Origin: Cenococcum geophilum
Lineage: Eukaryota
Length of the DNA: 64,000 nt
Assembly (NCBI GenBank): GCA_050273025.1
Contig: CP158635.1
Coordinates: 14,570,001 to 14,634,000, forward strand
Reading direction: 5' to 3'
The position numbers and the translations under genes are program-made. Shown piece after piece: positions 49,801-60,177 of this stretch. A model generated the notes under the pieces. The model saw only the letters and a list, made by a program, of their open reading frames with translations, was not told where the DNA came from and searched no databases. The first letter of the stretch is position 1. Each line of letters opens with the position of its first letter.

Positions 49801-52800
49801 TAGGGTTGTTGGTTTGTTCTCCTATAGGGCACCCTAGGGTCCCTCTATAGTTTACTTAGGCGTGTCTTAATGTACTTTATAATATTAGAGTTATATTTAT
49901 TTTGCGTCTTTTATATTACAGCGGCTTTAATATATAACTATAGGGGGGGAATATTGGATTCCTTCTTAAGCAGTACTATAGCCGTTCGCTTATACCCGCC
50001 TATAATACTCTAAAGGTAGGCTATTTAGACCTTTTAAAGTAGTTTAAGAAGTGATTTAGGGGGGCCCTTCTTAGTTTCTCTAATGGCCTAAATACTAGAT
50101 CTATATGTTATAGTTAGCTAAATAACTGCTATATATAGTAGGCGTGACCTTTAGAAGTATAGACCCTATATAGAATTAACAATCCTGGATAAAGCGATAA
50201 ACTATACTTGGCCTTTACGGGCCGCTTACGCCGCATATACGCTCTACCGGAGCTTACTATCTACCTATACTCCTAATACCCTTAGGCCCTAAACTAGTTA
50301 ACCCCTAAAGCCTTAAATGCGAATTATATACTAGAGATCTATAAATTAGTTATATTTTCTTATAAAATGGATTAGCTGGTATTTCTCTAGTAAGAATTAG
50401 ACTTTATAACGTTTTACCTATTCTATATAAGTATTATAGGCTTTCTCTAGTGTTCTACAATTCTCTACGGCTATTAGCCCGTATATAATTAGGTTTATAT
50501 TATTAATAAAGCCTATCCCCTAGGTTACCCCTTCCTTAAAGAAATTAAGTAGGTTACTTATAAAGAAAAGGAAGAGTATAGGTAAGAGGGGTAATTCTTA
50601 TAGTATTCCTGTTGCAACTATAATAGGGGGGCTCTGGTATCCGCTAAAGACTAGTAATGTTTCTTTCTAGCCTATAAACCCTTAGATAAATTATATAATC
50701 TATTCTAAGAAGCCCTTTGCCCTAAGGATATGCAGGAGACGCTTATGGGGTATATTGTTATAGGCACCACTAATATTTAGGCTAAGTATTAATACTATAA
50801 AGTCCTTTCGCATCGCCTATATAGATTTAATGGTGGCAGTAAGTAGCGTAAGTGCTAATAGTGTTAAGCGGTTCTTTCTTACCCCTATTTAGCTTTATAG
50901 TAGTAGGGCGTGTTCCTCTACCGTATCTACTATACGTTCCGCTATTACCCTTTTTAAGATCTTGCTAAGGGTGTTTTTTAAGGCAATAGGGCGGTAGCTT
51001 TCTGGGATTAAGTAATCTACTTTGCCTTCTTTTTATAAGATAACCGTTGTTATAGATCTTCCAAGTTATGGGTAGTAGCCTATAGCAAAGTATACTCTGG
51101 CTACATCTATAAGCTAAGGTACTATAAGTGGCCCATAGGTTTTTAGGGCCTTATTTGGAATCCTATTTAGTCCTAGTGCTATATTATTTAAAAGGCGGCT
51201 AATGGTTCTAGCCATTTCCTCTATTATTATGTCGCTGTTAACCCATAGGCGAGTTACCAGTGTTTTGCCCGTAATATTACTAAGGTCTGCTAGAGCTAGT
51301 TAGGGGAAGAACCTTTCTGTAAGGATCTTTGCCTTCTTATCGTTATTGTTTATGGCCTGTGATTCTCCTACTCTTCGTAGGGGTGGTAGGTGTGGGTCTT
51401 CTGCTAGGCGCCCTGCCTTTTTCTTTACCTATTTCGCTATAGCCCAAAGGCCCTTGTTATGGGGGAGGCTCGGGTTAGAAGTATGCTCGTTTATAAACCG
51501 TCTCCAGTTATTCCTTGCTTCTTTTTTTAGGGTATTCTTTAGCTAGTTTCTTGTGAAGGTCGATATTTAAGCTGCTAAAGTGTCTTAATCTACCTTCTCT
51601 AATTAGGGATTCCTATTATAAATGCCAAAGTATAAAATTTTCTATATATTTAGTCCGCTTCCTTTTTTCCTTCTAATATATCCTTCTAACAGAGTTCCGC
51701 GAGCCTAAAATAAGATAATAGGCGGTTTAGGTTATTTTCTAAGACATAGCTTTAGTCTTTAACAGCTTGTCTTTCTTAGCGAAGTAGCATTATTTTCTCT
51801 TCCTCAAGTTCTTTAGGTGTTGGAAGTAGAGCGTTAAAATCGATGTATTCCGGGTTGAAGTAAGTAAGCACTATAGGAGGAAGAGACTATTGATCTATAA
51901 TTCCTTTTGTAATAGCCTCTATAGAAACGTTATAATAGAGCCAGCTAGCCTTTTTATAGAGTCCTTTCCTTTCGTAAAGGTTAGCGAGATTAAATTCTAT
52001 CTTTAGCATTATTTAATTGTTTGGTTGGATATAGCAGCTAGCAAATCTTAAAAGCTTTTACTTTAGCTCTAGTTAAATAAGTTCTAATTTATTAGGTGGA
52101 AAAAAGATAAAGTACTTAAATATTAAGTAAGGGATTCTATTAAGATTAATTAATTATAATAATAGACGTATTCCTAGAGCTTAGAAGGGTTGTATTTAAT
52201 AGTAGAAAGCTAAAAAAGAAGAGTAGTAGAGATTAGTGTATAAGAAGACGAAAGTAAAAAGGCTGTTTAACAGCTTTATATAGACTTTATTAACTCTATT
52301 ATATATTTATAGTTATATTAGTAAACGCCTAATAACGCGTTTAATCTATAATTAAGGGCGAAAAAGCCTAGTTAATTATCTATCCTTATTTTATAAGCCG
52401 TGCTTAATATTAGTACTATACTCCATCTACTCGCGAGATATAATACCTATTATAAACTAGATAGTCCCTTTTATACAAACTGTGTATAGCCTGCAATCTA
52501 AGGAGCCTTAGAATATTACTAAATGCTACGCCATTATTACTTTAGGCATTTATTATAACAAAAAGACAATTAACTATAGCATTACTTAGGCAGAATAATA
52601 ATAAAGCGGCCTTTGCTTTTATGTGGTTTTTATCTATTATATTGTTTTATATTATTTATAGCTTAGCACAATAGTATATAGCGCTATATCCTTCTATCTG
52701 TTATATATAGATTATAGTTATACTAAGAACGAAGTACAGGCTGTTACCTAATATAGCGATATTAAAAGGCTTAGCCTTTAGAGAGATAGGCTTAAGGCGA

Positions 52801-53700
52801 AGTATCTATAACCTAATAAACATTAAACCTATCAGAGGATCTTTAATACTTAACTATAACCTAATATATTAATATAAAACCGGAATAGATTATCTTTAGT
52901 ATTGCTCCTTTAACGGTAAGCTAACTCCTTATATATAATAAATATAAAGCCTATCTTGTAGAGGCATTAATATACAGTTTTAAAAACAATAGCTTATAGC
53001 CTACTAGTTTATAGCTATCGGATTATATAAGGATTAAACCTTTAGCTTAGGCTCCTTAGGTATAAAGAGCTGTGGTTTAAATCTTAGAGATTATTTAATG
53101 TAAATACTTCTTAATTTATTACTCTATACGCAATAAGCCTAATAGATTATTAAGGATATAGCAGCCTACATTTCTAATTACACCGTTAGTCTACTTTCTA
53201 TATTGCAAAAGGAAAGAATAGAATACTACGCGGCATCTACTCTCCCTAAAAGTATAATAAACATATAAGTAAAGCCTATAATAGTATAACATGGCTCTAA
53301 GCGTAAGCAGTATAGATTACTTCTTCCTAGGATTAAATTAATATATATTTTCACCTAAAGACGACCTATTTAGTCTCGGCATGCTCCTAACTATTACTGC
53401 TATTAATACTTACTGCGACTATAGAGAGCTAACGGAAAACACGTTTCAACCTTATATTAGGTTATCCTCTACGCCCACTAAATTGCCCGCAAGTTAATCT
53501 ATGTATACTATTAAGGGAATGCAGCCTATTATAGACTTGTCATTCTTAACGGGTAATAGGTGTCTATTAAGAGAGAATGCGACTACTAGGATTCTAGAAA
53601 ATGCCGGCGATAAGGCCAAATGCTCTAGTATTAGCTAAACCAATTGAGGAGGGGGTGTCCGTATATCAGTTAGGGGGTGTCCGCATATCAATTAGGGGGT
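46830..53700. repeat. RIP-degraded block with relics of unidentified genes; hosts a LINE
   Basis: Strong TpA enrichment. An intron-containing relic ORF lies on + at about 47460-48430, and a relic ORF on - at about 52010-51590. The block ends in 22-bp direct repeats gggggtgtccg(t/c)atatca(g/a)tta at ~53652-53700. Confidence 0.6.
48873..51555 (-). mobile_element. 5'-truncated Tad1-like LINE, RIPed
   Basis: RT motifs PESYRPIAL.NTLSK, GI(PQ).(S)PL(S)PILFLFF and FINN (from FVDD); C-terminal C-x-C...H...C knuckle; 15-bp TSD AAGGTCGATATTTAA (48858-48872 and 51556-51570). Confidence 0.9.
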
Positions 53701-54751
53701 GTTAATTTACCGCTGGCCTAGAATATACCCCTCGCTGAATTAAAGAATTACCGATGCTTCCAGTTTCCTTATGTGGAGTGTTTCAAGCCGGAGGATTGAG
53801 GCACCGATAATTTTTCATGATTTCTCACTAACCATAAGTCTCTTATCTATTCACAGTCCTCTCACAACTTTGAATACTGGATTACTATGGCTCAAGAGAA
53901 AATAGCAAATGTGGCAGCACTTCCTCCTCATCCGATTGGTCTTTGAAGTCCAAGCCATGTCCGATGATTCTAAATCTTGGAGACAAATTCTTCACATCTA
54001 GAGGCCGTTTAATTTTTCCAAGAATAACAAGTGATGCCACCACGGCTCGTCGCTAATAAGGATGCAGCCACGCACACGACCGTGTTTTATTTTATTTTTC
54101 AATCACGCATGCGCTTGCATATCCGGCGCCAGGGGTCCCAATAATGAATGAATGAATAAGTTGGCCACTTATCGCATCGTATTCATAAGAGAGCCGATTT
54201 ATCGCGATATGAATAAACAATCGCGATACTGCATACATAGGTAGAGGCTATATAATCAGTCCTGGCATGGTGTTGTAGCGATTTGCTGTAGTCGACATTG
54301 TTTTAGAATCCTCTAACCCCCCTTCTTATTGCTTACCATCTGCTCTTGCGTATATATTTAAACAAGCGGCGTACAATTAATACTATACACACACCTCAGT
54401 ATCCTTTACTACACCACAAGGCTTTACGTTTCCGACATATATTCATAAGGATTTCAAAATATTCAATCATTATCACTGCTTATGAATGGATGTATCGTTA
54501 GGAACCAATGGATAAAATTACCGTTGGGGCCCCTGGAATCTATTCGTCGTTTTTACAACCCGTGTATACTCCTACAGAAGCCAGATACTAGTTGCATCCG
54601 TGCGGAAACGCCAACTTCCAGAGAAAATCTCTGTGCTGGTGCGGTATCCATTCTGGTCCCGAGGCAAATCCAGCTAGGCATGTTGGCTGCTGGACACGAC
54701 AGACAGGCAACAGCTTCATAGTTCAAAGGCCAGTTTGCTACTGGGGCGGGT

Positions 54752-55704
54752 CAGTGATGGAAATGGATTGGAACAGAGTGGATTAAGGCTCGAATCTACT
54801 CCATCCAGCGAATAGCTGGTGGAGGTCCAGCGCGTGAGTATACCATTAATAGTAAATATATATATAAGTCTTGGCAACCTTTTGGTGTTAAGGAAGGTTG
54901 GTGCGAATCTCACTAATTTAACGCCGATAATCCTTATCATTATCCTTATCGCTATCCCTACCAGCTTCCTCTACCCCGCTAGTAATATCGTCGCCTTCTA
55001 GATTAGCTAGTTACTCTACCAAAGAACGTGCGCTGCTTTGTGTATAGTACTGGCTTCGTTAAAGCTCTATACCGAATAAATACCTTGCCATTTAGCCGGA
55101 ACTCCTTTTGTTGACCTGAATCGGATTTGCTTACCACCGCCTTACTACTGTCTCAGTTACCTACCCCTTGACTCGGTCACCGAATCGGTCACCGACTTAG
55201 TCTACTACCCCTTCCTCATATATATATAGAAGCTCTAGAGCCACATTCAATAGACAGAGTTCTCATTCCTGATTGTTCTGTTCAACATCTCTACATCCTT
55301 TATAGTGTTGATGGTGTTCGGATTAATCGACTTTGGGGTGAGGATAATATCACCAGAGGCAGAGGCGCTGCTATACCTAGGGCATGGTGAACAACACTAG
55401 GGAGGAGCGCCGATATAGGCAAGCAGCGGTGAGGGCTGGGCGATGGGCACGAGTCAAATATTAGGTGGTTGAGACTATAATTTTTAGACGTCCTGCCATA
55501 AGGAGCACTACTAATTGGCTATTTATCGCGCACTAACCACTGGACGCTTAATTCTTCTCCCGAAGAGGTATAAGCTGTGGAGCTCCAGGAGCTCCACCAG
55601 CTTCAATCCACGCCACTCTACCAATCAAATCAATCAATCTAAATTTGGTGAAAGGGGTATTCCATCCGGAGCTCCAAATAACCTCCAATCCAGTTCCATC
55701 ACTG
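54752..55704. mobile_element. Non-autonomous hAT element related to 45840-46609, carrying a nested solo LTR
   Basis: TIR cagtgatggaa(a/c)tggattgga with a perfect 8-bp TSD GGGCGGGT. It is about 770 bp once the nested LTR is removed. Confidence 0.9.
55109..55287 (+). mobile_element. Solo LTR, family B
   Basis: TGTTGA...TCAACA. It shares ccttgactcggtcaccga with 22570-22740 and gctctagagcca...ttcaatagacagagt with 14422-14645. The TSD is imperfect (CCTTT/TCTCT). Confidence 0.75.
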
Positions 55705-57521
55705 GGGCGGGTTATTGGTTGGGCTCGGCACTACCTGCGAAGCGGCAACTGGTGTTGCTCTGGTGTCCACCCTTGGCGAGATAGCGAGTGTGAATGCGGG
55801 AATGAACGGCTCACCTATGAGCCCAAGTGTTGATGCTGGCGAAGCAGACCCTCCGGGTATTGCACCTGAGCGCGTCGTAAGTCTACTACCGCAAGTCTGG
55901 GAATCAAACCTACCATTTGCCTGCTCGACACCTTCATCGGCGAGTTCTCGACCCTCAGGGCCATAGTAAGGATGATACACTTCCCTTTTTGGATTGTGGA
56001 GTCCCGTGTTCGCAAGGATATTCGGGATGGGGTTGTGGCCTGGAAGACTGTTGAGGACGTTTCTCTGCCAGTTGTCCCTCAGGCGATCCTGGACTTTCTT
56101 AACGTCGTCTATTATGCCCTCGTAGCCAATAAATATGGCAATTGTCCCAGCTACTACAGGAGAAGCAAAACTTGTGCCATCTACATAGGCGAATTCGTCG
56201 TCTCCTTCATGAGACGCTGTCCAAACGTCCTCTCCCGGTGCGAAAAGGGTAACGTTGTCACGGTAGTTGGAAAAAAAGGGAAAAGACGAACCCGCATGGA
56301 ATGGTTCCAAGCGGCTCATTGCTATTGCCTGCGGAAGATACCAGGGATATTCCTGCGTCGCTAGCTTTTTTAAGGATTGCTTGGAGCTGAGGCGTCGCAC
56401 TCACTTTCCATGACATATTGATCACAGACCCCTTCCATCCCTTGGGCTGCTTAACTGTTAGCTTCGACAAACGAAAGAAGAACTGGGAACGAGAGCGCCA
56501 CCAACCTTCAATCGGCGGAGCTCCAGATGATCGTCAGTGACATCATCGATAGCTATAATGAATTAATACTGTTATGCGTGTAAGTTGTCTAATTTACCTT
56601 GGGCGATGCGGTCGTATGTTCCTCCTCTCCCTAGAATCTTGACATTGATAAGTTGGATCCAAGGTGATACCCTGAAAGCCATTCCCGCAACCTGAAGCGT
56701 ATTAGAATAAAGACCACGGTAGGGATGCATTATGCTTACATTAGTTCCGTGTCCCTCCGTGTCGTCCTGCACGCCAATTGAACAGATCAGTGTCTCTACC
56801 TCTGAAGGCCTGTGTGCTAGCTTACAAATTCTTCATTAACGTATTTATTTCGGAAGTTCCGCGGTTTATTAATATAGCCGAGCTGATTATGGGTGATCCG
56901 AATACCTGTGTCCAAAATGTACATATCAACGCCTTTCCCGCTCTCCTTAAGCATATCCTAGTGAGGAATAGTCAGCTTATATCACCAAATGCATAGGATC
57001 TAGAATGACCATACACTATCAATTACCCACTCGTCTTCTTTGACCCTGTCATTTTGGCCCCATGACGTTGACATAGCTATAACCCAGTGCCACCAATCTT
57101 CCCACACTTTCCACCTCCTTTCGAGATCAGGAGGTGAGAGGCCTTTCGCGGGTCTCGCGGTCTCTACATCCCAGTCCGGTCGTGGGTTAAATTCCCTGTT
57201 GTGCTCGACGAAGCGAACGCCTGGATCATATCGAATGCGATCGTGCATTGTGCGCTCATCGACTCGGACGCAATAGCCATTAATATTGCTATAAGGATGA
57301 AAATAACTTGCAGTTTCCGAAAGATTTGTCCTTATGAAAGAGAAGTGGTCCTTGAGTGGATGATCATCGCGCAACATGACAAGGTATTCATCTTTGATCA
57401 ATGGTTCGTGAGCAGCTTCGAATCGGTGGTAAACAGCTGGTCGTGCGGCCCTTGGTCTTGCCTTTTCTAATCCCGATACTAAGCCGCCTAGGTTCAGCAG
57501 TAGGAGTGTGATTAATTTCAT
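55699..57521 (-). pseudogene. Secreted S8 subtilisin-like protease with I9 propeptide; probably damaged
   Basis: Signal peptide, I9 prodomain (EYLVMLR..IRYDPGVRFVEHN), triad YILDTG / GHGT / GTSFASP and oxyanion SAGN. At about 56270-56292 the frame breaks between IPCG and FSNY, and the usual VITVGA segment is absent. Confidence 0.75.
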
Positions 57522-58340
57522 GACGGAACGGCGAGAGAATATTTGAAGTTGATAATTGAAGACCTTGAAGCAAATTATGCAGAATCTTCACTCGTATTTA
57601 TACGGACGACTTTTCAGTCAGGATTCTGAAGGCCAGTCATTCGAACAACGTAGGCAGAAGCATGACGGAAGAATCGGGACGTGGCAATAACTATATAACA
57701 TAACCCGAGGGGTCGATTACGATTATATTAGGTAATTTTGGCAATTTTATCTCTTTAACTTTAACTAAAGCATATTTAAAGTTATTGCGAGGCCGTTATT
57801 TTTTAAAATATTTTTTAATCTTTCTTGGCGCTCTTGGCGCCTTATATAACTGATTATTGCTGTCTGGTTTCATGGAGGGTTTCACTAAAGATAGAATCTC
57901 AAGTCATTCGATGAACTAAGTATATATATCATAAATGGAAGAAATAGGGGGTAAGTTTCTGATACGGACCACATGGGGGCAATTTTCTCGTGCTGGGGAC
58001 CTTCGAGGCTGATGCAGTGTGGAAAAGCTCCGCTTGCGGTGCGTAAGAACCTAGTGCTGTAAATATACCGTATCCAAAGCCTCTTCTTACAATTTGACGC
58101 TTCAAGAGAATAAGCTGAGATACGCCTGAACCACCTGCCATGACCCTTAATAGAATTAGCGGCACCTTATATCGAGCATTAGAATATAGTTTTGGGAGTC
58201 AGGTAGCGTATCCGAGATGGAGGTCATCCTTAGGCTCTAGCTCTGCTTGTTGGGTTCCTTTGTACATTCACTGGCACTCGAAGAGGTTGGGTTGATGTTG
58301 AGATGATGCTTGTTTCGTCTTTTATATATTGCAAAAATTG

Positions 58341-58787
58341 TCAATGGGAAGAGTCGTGAGATCCATCAGGCAATTTTGTTTCTACCTTAGCTGCTCCTGC
58401 AACAGCTTCTAGTGTGGCACCAGGACTCCAATCACATTGCACTAACTGGACTCCCCGATCCGCTCGAATGGCGTTCATGAGCTCATCGCTAACGTTTTCG
58501 CAGGTGTAGACAACCCGATCTTGGAATGCGCTGAGAATTTTTCGCAGATATGGACGCACATCGGTACCGACAGCGACACAATGTTGATCAAACGAATGGC
58601 CAGGCCGGAGCTCAACCAGGTAGCTACCTGAGACAATCTCACCGGGTGCGTCCTCGCAATAATGAAGAGGGGCTTCGTATTTCTCAGTCGACATTGAGAA
58701 TGGAACTTGATTGTTGCTGCATCCACCACCCATCGTGAACGCGGCGAGTAGAATGGAGGTAAGGTGAAGGATGCCTTTGGAGAACAT
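58341..58787 (-). CDS. Small secreted protein consisting of a stand-alone I9 (subtilase-propeptide-like) domain
   Basis: Signal-like MFSKGILHLTSILLAAF, then GSYLVELRPGHSFDQH...IRADRGVQLVQCD, which aligns by eye with the neighbour's prodomain DEYLVMLRDDHPLKDH...IRYDPGVRFVEHN. Intact single ORF. Confidence 0.65.
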   Translation of the reverse strand: MFSKGILHLTSILLAAFTMGGGCSNNQVPFSMSTEKYEAPLHYCEDAPGEIVSGSYLVELRPGHSFDQHCVAVGTDVRPYLRKILSAFQDRVVYTCENVSDELMNAIRADRGVQLVQCDWSPGATLEAVAGAAKVETKLPDGSHDSSH

Positions 58788-59649
58788 TCCAATCAAGAAT
58801 GGCAGAAAGACAGGTTTGGAGTATCGAAATGTGGGAGACGAAAGGTTCGGGGGAAGCCTTACTTGCTTTCATTGTGGCGAGGCGGACAGGACTTATTTGC
58901 CCGTCCTTGGCCGCGGCGGAGTGAGACGTCATGGCTGAACGGGGCGGCTATGGCCGTAGGCAGCAGGCTTAGCCGAAAGAGAGCTGCACGTGACCAGGGA
59001 GTGAGACTTCTACTTCCGAGTTGATTCCGATTCACGCCCGTAGTAACCGCATCATCTTTAGTATCCTCAGACCTAGAACTCTCGTTGGAACTACTCTTAG
59101 ATTCGCAATCGGCCTTGTTTTCTTCTAAAATATACCAACTAGAGAGTAGAGATAAGTAGTAAGGATCTTGTGCAGACCTAACGAGCAGCGGTACCTTGGC
59201 GCTTACCTCAGCAAGCTCAGACGTGATTCTATTTTGTCTCGCTCCCAGACCTTCTTGCCAAGGCTTACCTTGCCAAGCCGCTAGCCGCTTTTGGCAAGAC
59301 CTTCGTTAGAAGGTCTGGTACACGGTTCGGATTTTTATTAGTCCCGCGCGGGGTATTTAGGCCTATATATACCTACTTTAAGCCAAATTGTCTTAACTTC
59401 CACAGCTCCCTAAGCTATTCCTAATGGCTAGAATTACCAAATCAAACCTGGCGAAGAAGACTACGTTGCCCGATTTGCCCGATTCCAATTCGTTATCTCG
59501 TCGTCGCGCCCGACGCCCCCGAGTCGTAGCAGCCGCACCTTTCCCACGACCTCTTCCTACCGCAGCCAGAGTACCCAAACCAACGAGCCAGCTTTAAATA
59601 ATAACTAAGGACTACTAGTAGGTATAGATTTGCTTTATAGAAGGGGGTA

Positions 59650-60070
59650 AGCTTTAGGTAGAGCCTCGCGCAGAGCTTTAATAAAGCCTTATGTAGAGCT
59701 TTAGTAGAGGCTTACGCAGAGCCCTACGCAGAGCTCCGCGTAGAGCTTCGTGCAGAGCTTCTGCAGAGCTTCGTGCAGAGCTTCGTGCAGAGCTTCGTGC
59801 AGAGCTTCGTGCAGAGCTTCGTGCAGAGCTTCGTGCAGAGCCTCGTGCAGAGCTTCGTGCAGAGCCTCGTGCAGAGCTTCGTGCAGAGCCTCGTGCAGAG
59901 CTTCGTGCAGAGCCTCGTGCAGAGCTTCGAGCAGAGCCTTGTGCAGAGCTTTGAGGAGCTTAAGCAGAGCTTTAAGCAGAGCTTCGAGTAGAGCTTTAAG
60001 TAGAGCTTCGAGTAGAGCTTTAAGTAGAGCTTCGAGCGGAGCTTTGTGTAGAGCCTTATATAGAGCTTTA
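59650..60070. repeat. 12-bp minisatellite (gcagagcttcgt)n
   Basis: Near-perfect core at about 59745-59930, with degenerate RIP-like copies on both flanks. Confidence 0.95.
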
Positions 60071-60177
60071 TATAAATATATAGGCGTATAAATATATATT
60101 TTTATACTAGTAATTAATTATAAAATTTATAGAAATAATTATATAGGAAATTATATAGATATTTATTAATTTATTTA

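Noticed and set aside
59750..60091. ORFs with (CRAS)n or (QSFV)n repeats
   Set aside because: These are by-products of a stop-free 12-bp minisatellite.
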